64,000 nt of DNA from an uncultured Actinomycetota bacterium (GCA_963726975.1 CAVSEK010000004.1:455519-519518); one strand, 5' to 3'; positions 33,138 through 43,801 are shown, counted from the stretch's first letter. Notes: a model not told the origin generated them from the sequence alone. Numbers and translations: made by a program.

Positions 33138-34051
33138 GCGACCTCCTCCCCCGTCAGCACGACGAACACGTCCTCCAGCACGGCCTCGCGGCGCCGGAGC
33201 CCCACGTCGTCGCCGCCGGCCCCCAGGTCGTCGGCGTGCACCCCCTCGGCCCGCAGCACCGACAGCGACGGCCCGGTGCGGCGGGTCGGCAGGCCGGCCC
33301 GGGCGGCGCGGGCCGCGACCTCCGCCAGCCGGGCCGGGGAGGCCAGCACCTCCAGCGCCTCGCGCCCGGCGTGCTCGGTGACCAGCTGCGCCGGCACCCC
33401 GCGGGCCACGACCCGGCCGGCCGCCATGACCGCGACGGTGTCGGCGAGCCGCTCGGCCTCCTCGATGTAGTGGGTGCTCATGAGCACGGTGACGCCCTCG
33501 TCGCGCAGCCGGGCCACGAGCGACCAGAGCTCGCTGCGCACCTGCGGGTCGAGCCCGACGGTCGGCTCGTCGAGCAGCACCAGCTGCGGGCGGTGCACCA
33601 GCGCGCGGCCGATGAGCAGCCGGCGCCGCATGCCGCCGGACAGCTGGCCCACCCCGGAGCCGGCCCGGTCGGTGAGCGTCGCGATCTCCAGCGCCCGGTC
33701 GACGGCGGCCGCCCGCTCGCGCCGCGGCACCGCGTAGAGCCGGGCGAAGACCTCCAGCACCTGCCGGACGGTGAGCTCCTCGTCGAGGTTGTCGGCCTGC
33801 GGCGCGACGCCCATCAGCGAGCGCGCCTGCTTGGAGCGCTCGGGCACCGGCAGGCCGAGCACCTCGATGCTGCCCTCGTCGGCGAGCGCCTGCGCGGTGA
33901 GCAGCTTCATCGTCGTGGACTTGCCGGCGCCGTTGGGGCCGAGCAGGCCGACGCAGGTGCCCGCCTCGACCTGCAGGTCGAGCCCGTCCACGGCGCGCAG
34001 GGTCCCGAACGTCTTGACGACGCCGCGCAGCGACAGGGCGGAGGGGCTCAC
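33134..34051 (-). CDS. ABC transporter ATP-binding protein (DrrA/NodI-like)
   Basis: Walker A GPNGAGKST, signature LSGGMRRRL, Walker B LVLLDEPT. Confidence 0.93.
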   Translation of the reverse strand: MSPSALSLRGVVKTFGTLRAVDGLDLQVEAGTCVGLLGPNGAGKSTTMKLLTAQALADEGSIEVLGLPVPERSKQARSLMGVAPQADNLDEELTVRQVLEVFARLYAVPRRERAAAVDRALEIATLTDRAGSGVGQLSGGMRRRLLIGRALVHRPQLVLLDEPTVGLDPQVRSELWSLVARLRDEGVTVLMSTHYIEEAERLADTVAVMAAGRVVARGVPAQLVTEHAGREALEVLASPARLAEVAARAARAGLPTRRTGPSLSVLRAEGVHADDLGAGGDDVGLRRREAVLEDVFVVLTGEEVA

Positions 34052-34102
34052 CCGCTCACCGTGCCAGCGGGGTCCGGCAGCCGTCCACCGGGATACGGCC
34101 CG

Positions 34103-35109
34103 TCAGGACGGTGCGCCGGTCCCGTCGTCCTCGGGCTGCGGGGCGTCGACGGGGGTCTCGCCGCGGACCTCGACGAGCTCGAGCTCCTCGTGCTGCACGG
34201 CCATGCCGACGGTCGCGGCGTGGGCCGCCTCCACGACGGTCTCGCTGTGGGCGCCGCAGCCGTGGGTGAGGGCCACGACCCGCCCGTCGTCCGGCGCGAC
34301 CGCGTTGGCGCAGGCGCCGAAGGCGGCGCCGAGGGCGCCGGCCAGGGGCACGAGGAAGCCGCAGCCGCCGCACCGCCCCGGGGCCTGCCGCGCCCCGGGC
34401 GTGTCGGGGCCGGCGTCGCCGTCGTCCCACCGCTCGGCGGCGTCCAGGCGCCCCTCGCGCGACAGGACGCGCGGGCGGCCGAGCCCCAGCTCGGTGCGCA
34501 GCGCCGCGACCAGCGGGTCGTCGGCGTCCGGCGAGGCGTACGACGGGACGAGGCGGGGGTCGTCCGACGGGGGCGGCAGCAGGTCGCCCGGGCCCAGGTC
34601 GCCGGGCTGCACGCGCTCGCTCCACGGCACCCAGGCGGGCGCCAGCAGCGCCCCGTCCCGGGGAGCAGGACGACCTCGTCGACCGTGACGTGCTCGGAGC
34701 CCTCGCCGCGGGCCACCGTGACGGCCCAGCGCCACCCGACGTAGGCCGGGTCGGTCGTGGCGAAGGAGTGCGTCACCGCCGGGCCCCCGGCGGCAGGCCC
34801 GTCGGCCTCGACGCCGAGGTGGTCGCCGACCGCGCTGCCGCCGACCTCGACGGCGACCTCGCGGGCCAGCTCGACGGCGGCGGCGAGCACGGCGTCGGGC
34901 TCCACGGCCGGTCCGGCCTGCTCGCTCGCCTGCTCCGGCGCCTGCTCCGGGGCCGGGTCCGCCAGCGCGGTCGTCGGCTCGGTCACGTCGGGCTCCTGGG
35001 GGGTCGGGGACGGGGCGGGCTGCTCCGGATCTGGCCGGGCGGCGTCGTCGGGCCCGCCCAGCACCTCGCCGAGCCGGACGCCGAGCACGCCGGATACCGT
35101 CTTGCCCAC
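34103..35109 (-). pseudogene. DUF3027-like protein; one frame hop in a G run near 34655-34662
   Basis: N-terminal part ...AVLAAAVELAREVAVEVGG...YVGWRWAVTVAR...VDEVVLLPG joins DGALLAPAWVPWSER...CGGCGFLVPLAG..GACANAVAPDDGRVV...HGCGAHS (ORFs 34048..35526 and 34103..34735). The start at GTG 35109 is tentative. Confidence 0.7.
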
Positions 35110-35175
35110 GTCGCGCAAGATGCGCCCGACCCCCGCCACAGGGACCAGTCCACCACCTCCCGTACGGAGCACCGC

Positions 35176-35652
35176 ATGCAGGCCCGCCGCCGCCGCCGTC
35201 TCGCCGCTGTCGTCGGGGTGTCCGCCGCGCTCGTCGGCCTCACCGCCTGTGAGCGGCCGACCCCGGCCGTGACCCTCTACAGCGGCGACACCAGCACCTA
35301 CGACGAGGCCTTCTCCTACTGCTTCGACGGGCAGGACCCGAGCAAGCAGCCCGGCGAGGCGGGGGCCTGCCGCTTCGACAGCGAGCGGGTGCCGGACGTG
35401 CTCACGGTGCGGCCCGGCGACGAGGTCCTCGTCGACGTCGACGAGGAGCTGACCGGCAACGGCTGGTTCGTCGTGCTGCGCGGCGCCGGCGGTCAGGCGA
35501 GCCGGCTGGCCGTGCAGACCGAGCACGTCACGAGCTTCCAGCCCGACTTCAGCCAGTCGCCGACGATCACGGTGCAGGTGCAGCGGCTCTCCGCGCCGCG
35601 CGAGGACGCCCAGGTCACCGGCGTCTGGCAGTTCACGATCGTGCCGGGCTGA
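35176..35652 (+). CDS. secreted lipoprotein (DUF2771-like)
   Basis: ATG 35176. Signal peptide with lipobox LTAC. 158 aa. Confidence 0.7.
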   Translation: MQARRRRRLAAVVGVSAALVGLTACERPTPAVTLYSGDTSTYDEAFSYCFDGQDPSKQPGEAGACRFDSERVPDVLTVRPGDEVLVDVDEELTGNGWFVVLRGAGGQASRLAVQTEHVTSFQPDFSQSPTITVQVQRLSAPREDAQVTGVWQFTIVPG

Positions 35653-35662
35653 CCCGACCCGG

Positions 35663-36043
35663 TCAGTCGAGCTCGTCGGCGACGGCCCGCAGGATCGTCG
35701 CGACCCGCTTGCCCGCCTCGCGGTCGGGGTGCTTGCCGCGGCGCAGCGTGGGCGCGACCCGGGCCTCGAGCAGCTTGATGAGGTCCTCCACCATCGTCCC
35801 GAGGTCCTCGGCGGACCGGCGGGCCGACGCCAGGCCCGGCGCCGGGTCCAGCACGGTCACCGACAGCGCCTGCTCGCCGCGCTTGCCGGCCGCCACGCCG
35901 AACTCCACCCGCGCGCCCGCCTTCAGCTCCTCGAGACCGGCCGGCAGGGCCGAGCGGGGCACGAAGACGTCGCCGCCGTCGTCGCGGGACACGAAGCCGA
36001 AGCCCTTGTCCCTGTCGTAGAACTTGACCTTGCCGGTGGGCAC
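35663..36043 (-). CDS. cold-shock domain protein with C-terminal extension
   Basis: VPTGKVKFYDRDKGFGFVSRDDGGDVFV contains RNP1-like KGFGFV and RNP2-like VFV. Start GTG 36043. Confidence 0.9.
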   Translation of the reverse strand: MPTGKVKFYDRDKGFGFVSRDDGGDVFVPRSALPAGLEELKAGARVEFGVAAGKRGEQALSVTVLDPAPGLASARRSAEDLGTMVEDLIKLLEARVAPTLRRGKHPDREAGKRVATILRAVADELD

Positions 36044-36148
36044 GTCGACCTCGTCCGCTCGGGCCCGCGGGCTGCGGGACGCTCCTGTCGAGGCTATCCG
36101 CGCGCCGCGGGTCCGACACACGCGGCGACCGGCCCGTACGCTCGCCGG

Positions 36149-36409
36149 GTGAGCGCCCGGCACGCCGCCCCCGACGACGCCCGCCCGGGCGACTCCCTGG
36201 TGCGCGCCGGCGCGGTGGTCTTCGCCGTCGGGCTCGTGGCGGTCGTCGCGGCCGTCGTGCCCGCGGTGCTGCGCAACACGACCGGCGACCTCACGCTCGT
36301 GGTGCTCGCCGGCTCGCTGCTGCCGATCGGGCTGGGGACCGCGCTGCTCGGCCTGCTGCGCGGGGCCCGCACCGCGCGCCGCCGCGCCCGCGCGGGGCGC
36401 CGCGCCTGA
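36149..36409 (+). CDS. small two-TM membrane protein (86 aa)
   Basis: GTG 36149 in frame with track ORF 35729..36409. Two hydrophobic helices and a basic tail. Confidence 0.5.
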   Translation: MSARHAAPDDARPGDSLVRAGAVVFAVGLVAVVAAVVPAVLRNTTGDLTLVVLAGSLLPIGLGTALLGLLRGARTARRRARAGRRA

Positions 36410-36413
36410 GGCG

Positions 36414-37229
36414 TCAGGCCTCGAGCAGCAGGTTCATCGAGCCCGAGCGGAAGGGCTGGGCGCTCACCGAGGGGAAGCCCGCCTCGCGCACCACCTGCTC
36501 CGCCGCCGGGTCGTACGCCGCGAGCGCGACCGGGTCCAGCTCGACCCGGGCGGCGTCCGCACCGAGGTCGCGCACCCGCAGGTCCACGACCGGCACGCCC
36601 CGCCGGTCGAGGTGCCGCCGCAGCGCGGTCTCGGCCCGGTCGACGCGGGCGAGCCCGGCGGGGGTCACCGGGACGCCGTACGCCACCCGGCTCGCCAGGC
36701 AGGCCAGCGCCGGCTTGTCGGCGGTGACCAGGCCCCACCGCCGGCTCGCCTCGCGGACCTGCGCCTTGGTCAGCCCCGCGTCCAGCAGCGGGGTGACGGC
36801 GCCGCGCTGCGCGGCCGCGGCGATGCCCGGGCGGAAGCCCGCGACGGCGTCGTCGGCGTTGGTGCCGGTCGCGACGGCGGCGAGCCCGAGGTCGGCGGCG
36901 ATCGGCCGCAGCGTGTCGACCAGGGTGGCCTTGCAGTGGGAGCAGCGGTCGGCACCGTTGGCGACGTAGCCGGGCCGGGACAGCTCGTCGGTGCCCGGCA
37001 CCAGGTGCCGCACGCCCAGGGAGGCGGCGTACGCGCGCGCCGCCGGGAGCTCGGCGGCGGCCAGCGAGGGGCTCACCGCGGTGGCGGCGGCCACGGCGCC
37101 GGGGCCGAGGGCGCGCACCGCTGCGGCCAGCAGCATCGCGGAGTCGGCGCCCCCCGAGAAGGCGACGAGCACGCTGCCCAGGTCGCGCAGGCGCTCCTCG
37201 AGCACGGCCAGCCGGGAGTCGAGGCTCAC
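36414..37229 (-). CDS. larE: PP-loop ATP pyrophosphatase, LarE-like sulfur transferase (TIGR00268-type)
   Basis: PP-loop AFSGGADS, plus the CSHC and ACLASR cysteine regions. Start GTG 37229 (VSLDSRLAVLEERL). Confidence 0.8.
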   Translation of the reverse strand: MSLDSRLAVLEERLRDLGSVLVAFSGGADSAMLLAAAVRALGPGAVAAATAVSPSLAAAELPAARAYAASLGVRHLVPGTDELSRPGYVANGADRCSHCKATLVDTLRPIAADLGLAAVATGTNADDAVAGFRPGIAAAAQRGAVTPLLDAGLTKAQVREASRRWGLVTADKPALACLASRVAYGVPVTPAGLARVDRAETALRRHLDRRGVPVVDLRVRDLGADAARVELDPVALAAYDPAAEQVVREAGFPSVSAQPFRSGSMNLLLEA

Positions 37230-37248
37230 CGGCGCAGCGTAGGCCCGC

Positions 37249-37494
37249 TCAGCCCTCCCCCTCCTGGAGCTGCTGGCCCGGTGAGAGCCGGTCCCGCGCG
37301 TCCCGGGCCTCGGCGCTCTCCATGTCGACCGGCGCGGCGGCCTGCTCGTCGTCGACCGGCGCGCCGTGCGGCGGCTCGCCGACGACGTCACCGGCGGACC
37401 CGGTCGACGGTCCCTCGACGGTCTCGGCGGCCGAGCCCTCGTCGACGCCCTCGGTGGGCACCAGACCGGCAGGGTCGTGGTTCGGGGAGCTCAC
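37249..37494 (-). CDS. small acidic hypothetical protein (81 aa)
   Basis: AGGAGG lies 6 nt upstream of GTG 37494. High GC3. Asp/Glu/Pro-rich with no TM segment. Confidence 0.55.
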   Translation of the reverse strand: MSSPNHDPAGLVPTEGVDEGSAAETVEGPSTGSAGDVVGEPPHGAPVDDEQAAAPVDMESAEARDARDRLSPGQQLQEGEG

Positions 37495-37560
37495 GGGTCC
37501 TCCTGGGGGCGGGTGGGCACGGACCTGCCCGCCCTCCCGACCGCCAACCGGCAGACGAGG

Positions 37561-37596
37561 AGTCGGACGAGTCAGACGAGTCGGACGAGTCAGACG
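37561..37596. repeat. 9-bp tandem repeat, 4 copies (AGTCRGACG; equivalently 18 bp x 2) spanning the ABC exporter stop codon
   Basis: agtcggacg agtcagacg agtcggacg agtcagacg read directly. The minus-strand stop TGA at 37590-37592 lies in the last unit. Confidence 0.85.
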
Positions 37597-39352
37597 AGGA
37601 ACTGCCGCGCGGCCAGGTCGCGGTAGAGCGGGCTGGTGCGCACGAGCTCGTCGTGGGTGCCGCTGGCGACGACCACGCCCTCGTCGAGCACGACGATGCG
37701 GTCGGCGTCGACGACGGTCGAGAGCCGGTGCGCGACGACGAGCACGGTGGTGCCGGGGCCGGTCCGCGCCACCGCGCGGGCGAGCGCCTCCTCGTTGCGG
37801 GCGTCCAGGGAGGCGGTCGGCTCGTCGAGCAGCAGCAGCGCCGGGCGGGCCAGCAGGGCGCGGGCGATGGCCAGCCGCTGGCGCTGCCCGCCGGACAGCA
37901 GGATGCCGTCGTCGCCGACCTGCGCGTCCAGCCCGGCCGGCGTCCGGGTGACGAGCTCGTCGAGGTGGACCTGGGCGAGCACGTCGAGCAGCGCCGCGTC
38001 GTCGGCGTCGGGCGCGGCGAGCCGCAGGTTGTCGCGCAGGCTGCCGGCGAGCGCCGGGGCGTCCTGCTCGACGTAGGCGGTGCGCGCCCGCAGCGCCTCG
38101 CGGTCGAGCTCGCGCACGTCGGTGCCCCCGACGCGGACCGCGCCGCCGTCGACGTCGTAGAACCGCTCGACGAGGGCGAGCACCGTCGACTTGCCCGCCC
38201 CGGACGGGCCGACGAGCGCGGTGCGCCGGCCGGCCGGGGCCGTGAAGGTCGCGCCGCGCAGCACCGGCGGGGCGGCGCCGTCGCCGGCCGGGTAGGCGAA
38301 CGAGACGTCGCGCAGGGCCACCTCGACGGGCTCGTCCAGGAGGGGGCCCGGGCGTCCCGGGCGGTCCGCCGCGGTCTCCTCCGGCAGCGCGAGCACCTCG
38401 TCGATGCGGGCCAGCGCGCCCAGCCCGGTCTGGACCGCGGTCAGCGCGCCGACCGCCTGGGCGAGCGGCTGGACGAGCAGGAACAGGAGCAGCACGAACG
38501 CGACGAGGTCGGCCACCGAGATCGTCCCGGCGGCCACGCGGGCGCCGCCGACGCCGAGGACCGCCAGGAAGGCGCCCTGCACCGCGACCGCGGCCAGGGG
38601 CCCGAGCACGGCCTGCAGCCGGGCCAGCCGCAGCCCCGCGCGGAAGGCCGCGACCGAGGACACGTCGACCGCCGCCGCCTCCCGCTCCTCGGCCCGCGCG
38701 GCCCGGATGGTCCGCACCCCGGACAGCGCGCGCTCCACGCCCGCGGTCATCGCCCCGACCGCCGCCTGCGCGGCCAGCGAGGCGGGCCGGACCCGCCGCA
38801 CGACGGCCAGGGCCCCGGCGAACCCCACGGCGACGGCCAGGGCGGCCGTGCCCAGCAGCACCCGGTCCACGAGGGCCATCGCGACCAGCGACCCGACCGC
38901 CACCACCACGCCGGAGGCGAGCTGCACCAGTCCACCGGTGACGACCGTCCGCAGCAGCGTGGTGTCCGCGCCGACCCGCGAGATGAGGTCGCCCGAGCGG
39001 CGCCGGTCGAGCTCGCCCACCGGCAGCCGCAGCAGCCGGCGCACCAGTGCGGTCCGGGTGCCGAGCACGACGGCCTCCCCGGCGCGCTGCAGGACGTAGC
39101 CCTGCAGCCCCGACAGCACCGCCGCCAGCACCAGCGCGACGACGAGCAGCACGGCCGGGCCGCGCACCGGCCGCGAGGCCTCGACCGCCGACAGGACCTG
39201 ACGGACCAGGAGCGGCTGGGCCAGGGCGGCCACCGCCCCGACGAGCGCGAGCGCTGCCGCCGCGGCCAGCGCGCGCCGGTGCGGGCGCAGCAGCCGCCAC
39301 AGCGCGCCGAGGCCGGCCCGGGGGCGCGGGGCTGCTCGACGGTGCTCGGCAC
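37590..39352 (-). CDS. ABC exporter, fused permease/ATPase (type I exporter)
   Basis: Six-TM domain followed by Walker A GPSGAGKST, LSGGQRQRLAIARAL and LLLLDEPT. The N-terminus is uncertain: GTG 39352 is in another frame from the body, implying an indel in a C5G3 run near 39315, or else an unrecognised start. Confidence 0.85.
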
Positions 39353-39426
39353 CGCGCCATGGTCGCGGGTCGGGCCACCCGGCGCGCGGCGGGCGGGGGA
39401 CGACGCCGACGACTAGCCTCGACCGG

Positions 39427-41800
39427 ATGGACACGCCCGCCCGGAGCCTCGCGGACAGCCTGCGCGGCTGGCCGGACGCGCGGCTCGCGGCGCTGCTGCA
39501 GGCCCGCCCCGACCTCGCCGCGCCGGTGCCCCCGGACGTCGGGGTGCTCGCCGCCCGGGCGGGGGTGCGGCTGTCGGTGCTGCGCGCGCTCGAGCGCCTG
39601 GACGCCGCCCAGCTCGCCGTCGTCGACGCGCTCGTGCTCGCCGACGACCCGGCCCCCGGCGCCGCCGTGCAGGCGCTCGTCGGCGCCGGGCTTCCCCCGG
39701 AGCAGCTCGCCCCGGCCCTGGGCACCCTCGAGGACCTCGCGCTCGTCTGGGGCCCGCCCGAGGCGCTGCACCTCGTCGGCGCCGTCCGCGAGGTCGCCGG
39801 GGTGGCGCCCGCCGGCCTCGGCCGGCCGGTGGGGGCGTGCCTCGGCCGCCTGACCGACCGCCAGCTGCGCCCGCTGTGCGAGGCCCTCGACGTGCCGCCG
39901 GCCGACGGGCTGCCCGGCATCGTCGAGCTGTTCGGCGACCGGGCCCGGCTCGACGCGCTGCTCTCCCGGGTCGACGAGCGCGGCCGGCAGGTGCTCGACC
40001 AGCTCGCGCAGGGCCCGCCGTTCGGGCAGGTGCGCGACGCGCTGCGCCCGGTGACCGCCGCCGACGCCGACAGCCCGGTGCGCCGGCTGCTCGCCTCCGG
40101 GCTGCTCGTCGCGGTCGACAGCGGCACCGTCGAGCTGCCCCGCGAGGTCGGGCTGGCCCTGCGCGGCGACGCCCCGCTCGGCCCGGTCGCCGCCCCGGCG
40201 CCCGAGCTGGACCTGCGGCCGGTGCCGGCCCGCGACGCCGACCTGGCGGGCGCGCAGGCCGCCGGCGAGGCGGTGCGGCTGGTCGAGGCGCTGCTCGAGC
40301 TGTGGTCGGCGGAGCCGCCGTCGGTGCTGCGCGCCGGCGGCGTCGGCGTGCGCGACCTGCGGCGCACCGCCAAGGAGCTCGAGGCGACCGAGGCGGTCAC
40401 CGCGCTGCTCCTCGAGGTGGCGGCCGCGGCGGGCCTGCTCGACGCCACCGGGAGCGTCGACCCGAGCTGGCTGCCGACCCCGGGCTACGACAGCTGGCAG
40501 GCGCAGCCGCCCGAGCAGCGCTGGGCGGTGCTGGCCCGGGCCTGGCTGCAGCTCCCGCGGCTGCCCGGGCTCGTCGGCGAGCGCGACGACCGCGACAAGG
40601 TGCTCGCCGCCCTCGGCCCCGACCTCGAGCGGCCGGCGCGCCCGCCGACCGCCGCCGGGTGCTCGACGCGCTCGGCGAGGCCGCCGCGGCGCCGCGCCGA
40701 CCCGCGAGAGCCTCGTCGACGTGCTCGTCTGGCGGGCCCCGCGCCGCGGCGGGCGGCTGCGCGACCGGGTGCTCGACCTCGCGCTGGCCGAGGCCGAGCT
40801 GCTCGGGCTCACCGGCCGGGGCGCGTTGACGTCGTACGCCGCGACCCTGCTCGGGGGCGACGACCGCGGCGCGGCGCGCGCCCTGTCGGGGCTGCTCCCC
40901 GAGCCGCTGGACCACGTGCTCGTGCAGCCCGACCTCACGGTCGTCGCGCCCGGCCCGCTCGAGCGCGACCTGGCCCACGAGCTGGGGCTGGTGGCCGACG
41001 TCGAGTCGACCGGGGGGGCCACCGTCTACCGCGTGAGCGAGGGCTCGGTGCGCCGGGCGCTGGACGCCGGGCGCAGCGCCGGGGAGCTGCACGAGCTGTT
41101 CCGCACCCGGTCGCGCACCCCGGTGCCGCAGTCGCTCACCTACCTCGTCGACGACGTGGCGCGCCGCCACGGGCGGCTGCGGGTCGGCGCCTCCACGTCG
41201 TACCTGCGCTGCGACGACGAGGCGCTGCTCACCGAGGTGCTGGCCTCCCGGCGGGCCCGCGACCTGGGCCTGCGGCGCCTCGCACCGACCGTGCTGACCA
41301 GCGTCGTACCGGTCGGGCAGGTGCTCGAGGACCTGCGCGCGATGGGCTACGCGCCCGCCGCCGAGGCGCCCGACGGCGCGCTGCTGGTGGCTCGGCCGGA
41401 CGCCCGCCGCACCGCGCTGCGCCCCCGGCCGCAGCGCTGGAACGACGGCGGGGGCCTCGACGCCGAGCAGGCCGCGCTCGCGGTGACGGCCCTGCGGGCC
41501 GGCGACGTCGCCGCCCGCGCCGCCCGGCGCGCCCCGGTGCTCTCGCGGCGCAGCACCACCTCCGACACCCTCGCCTTCCTGCAGGACGCCGCCCGTGGCG
41601 GGCGGCAGGTGTGGGTCGGCTACGTCGACGCCCAGGGCCGCTCCACCTCCCGCGTCGTCGAGCCCCGCTCGGTCGAGGGCGGCTACGTCACCGCGTACGA
41701 CCACCTGCGCCAGGAGGACCGCACGTTCTCCCTGCACCGCATCACCGGCGTCGCCGAGGTGCCGGGCGCGGTCGAGCCCCTCGAGGCGGAAGGTGCCTGA
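39427..41800 (+). pseudogene. helicase-associated protein with C-terminal WYL-like domain (XPB partner; Rv0862c-like); two frame hops (about 40635 and about 40690)
   Basis: Long Ala/Leu-rich N-terminus in frame 1, ADRRRVLDALGEAAAAP in frame 0, then ESLVDVLVWRAP... to ...QVWVGYVDAQGRSTSRVVEP..V..GYVTAYDHLRQEDRTFSLHRITGV (WYL-like) in ORF 40721..41800. Confidence 0.75.
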
Positions 41801-41823
41801 CCCCGCGCGCGTTGGAGACCCCG

Positions 41824-43470
41824 ATGACTGCTGACGGACCCCTCATCGTCCAGAGCGACAAGACCCTGCTGCTCGAGGTCGACCACCCGATGGCGACGGA
41901 GTGCCGGCAGGCGATCGCGCCCTTCGCCGAGCTCGAGCGCTCGCCCGAGCACGTGCACACCTACCGGCTCACCCCGCTCGGGCTGTGGAACGCGCGGGCG
42001 GCCGGCCACGACGCCGAGCAGGTCGTCGACGCGCTCGTGCGCTTCAGCCGCTACGCCGTCCCGCACGCGCTGCTCGTCGACGTGGCCGACACGATGGACC
42101 GGTACGGGCGGCTGCGGCTGGAGAACGACCCCGTCCACGGGCTCGTCCTGCGCACGACCGACCGGGCCGTGCTCGAGGAGGTCAGCCGCAGCAAGAAGGT
42201 CAGCCCGATGCTCGGCAGCCGGGTCGACGACGACACCGTCCTCGCCTTCCCGTCCGAGCGCGGCCGGCTCAAGCAGGCGCTGCTCAAGGTCGGCTGGCCG
42301 GCCGAGGACCTCGCCGGCTACGTCGACGGCGAGGCGCACGAGATCGGCCTGCTGCAGGACGGCTGGACGCTGCGCGACTACCAGCAGCTCGCGGTCGACG
42401 GCTTCTGGCACGGCGGCAGCGGGGTCGTCGTGCTCCCCTGCGGCGCCGGCAAGACCCTGGTCGGCGCGGCCGCGATGGCCCGCGCCGGCGCCACCACGCT
42501 CATCCTGGTGACCAACACCGTCTCGGGCCGGCAGTGGAAGGACGAGCTGCTCAAGCGCACCACCCTGACCGAGGACGAGATCGGCGAGTACTCCGGCGAG
42601 AAGAAGGAGATCCGCCCGGTCACCATCGCGACCTACCAGGTGATGACGACCCGGCGCAAGGGCGAGTACGCCCACCTCGAGCTGTTCGGCGCCCGCGACT
42701 GGGGGCTCGTGGTCTACGACGAGGTGCACCTGCTGCCCGCGCCGGTCTTCCGGATGACCGCCGACCTGCAGTCGCGGCGCCGCCTGGGCCTGACCGCGAC
42801 GCTGGTGCGCGAGGACGGCCGCGAGGGCGACGTCTTCAGCCTCATCGGCCCGAAGCGCTACGACGCGCCGTGGAAGGACATCGAGAGCCAGGGCTGGATC
42901 GCGCCGGCCGACTGCACCGAGGTGCGGGTGACGATGACCGACGCCGAGCGGCTGGACTACGCGACCGCCGAGCCCGAGGAGCGCTACAAGATCGGCGCGA
43001 CCGCGCACACCAAGGTGCGCGTGGTGAAGAAGCTCGTCGACACCCACCCCGACGACCAGGTGCTCGTCATCGGCGCCTACCTCGACCAGCTCGAGGAGCT
43101 CGGCGCGGCCCTGGAGATGCCGATCATCCAGGGCTCGACCAAGAACGCCGAGCGGCAGCGGCTGTTCGACCTGTTCCGCCGCAAGGAGATCCCGGGCCTG
43201 GTCGTGTCCAAGGTCGCCAACTTCTCCATCGACCTGCCCGAGGCGAGCGTCGCCATCCAGGTCAGCGGCACCTTCGGCTCCCGCCAGGAGGAGGCCCAGC
43301 GCCTGGGCCGGGTGCTGCGGCCCAAGGCCGACGGCCGCACCGCGCACTTCTACACCGTCGTCAGCCGCGACACCCTGGACCAGGAGTACGCGGCGCACCG
43401 GCAGCGCTTCCTCGCCGAGCAGGGCTACGCGTACACCATCGTCGACGCCGACGACGTCCTGCGCGGCTGA
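41824..43470 (+). CDS. xpb: DNA repair helicase XPB (ERCC3/Ssl2-type SF2 helicase)
   Basis: Motif I LPCGAGKT, DEVH box VYDEVHLLPA, GLTATLVRED, FGSRQEEAQRLGR. Intact 548-aa frame. Confidence 0.95.
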   Translation: MTADGPLIVQSDKTLLLEVDHPMATECRQAIAPFAELERSPEHVHTYRLTPLGLWNARAAGHDAEQVVDALVRFSRYAVPHALLVDVADTMDRYGRLRLENDPVHGLVLRTTDRAVLEEVSRSKKVSPMLGSRVDDDTVLAFPSERGRLKQALLKVGWPAEDLAGYVDGEAHEIGLLQDGWTLRDYQQLAVDGFWHGGSGVVVLPCGAGKTLVGAAAMARAGATTLILVTNTVSGRQWKDELLKRTTLTEDEIGEYSGEKKEIRPVTIATYQVMTTRRKGEYAHLELFGARDWGLVVYDEVHLLPAPVFRMTADLQSRRRLGLTATLVREDGREGDVFSLIGPKRYDAPWKDIESQGWIAPADCTEVRVTMTDAERLDYATAEPEERYKIGATAHTKVRVVKKLVDTHPDDQVLVIGAYLDQLEELGAALEMPIIQGSTKNAERQRLFDLFRRKEIPGLVVSKVANFSIDLPEASVAIQVSGTFGSRQEEAQRLGRVLRPKADGRTAHFYTVVSRDTLDQEYAAHRQRFLAEQGYAYTIVDADDVLRG

Positions 43471-43486
43471 ACCGGGCCGTCCTACC

Positions 43487-43801
43487 GTGGACGGCGTGAG
43501 CCTGGACGACGCCCGCCAGGCGGTCGCGCACGACCTGCACGGCGCCTGGCCGACGCTGCTCGACGAGGCGGCGCAGTACCGCGCGTGGTGGCTCGCCCAG
43601 TGGCCAGACGGCGACGCGTACGTCCCCGGGCTGCTCGCGCAGGACGTCCAGGAGGCGGTGCACGCGCGGGCCGACCCGCTGTGGCCGCTGTGCCCGACCT
43701 GCCGCGACCACGCGCTGTTCGTCGAGCCGGACCTCGGCGAGGACTCCTTCTGGGTGTGCCACCGCAGCGGGCTGCCCGTCGCGGAGGTGGGGCGGCTCTA
43801 G
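43487..43801 (+). CDS. hypothetical protein with CPxC...C-H cluster (104 aa)
   Basis: Starts 17 nt after the XPB stop. LCPTCRDHALF...FWVCHRSG suggests a small zinc-binding fold. Good GC3. Confidence 0.5.
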   Translation: MDGVSLDDARQAVAHDLHGAWPTLLDEAAQYRAWWLAQWPDGDAYVPGLLAQDVQEAVHARADPLWPLCPTCRDHALFVEPDLGEDSFWVCHRSGLPVAEVGRL

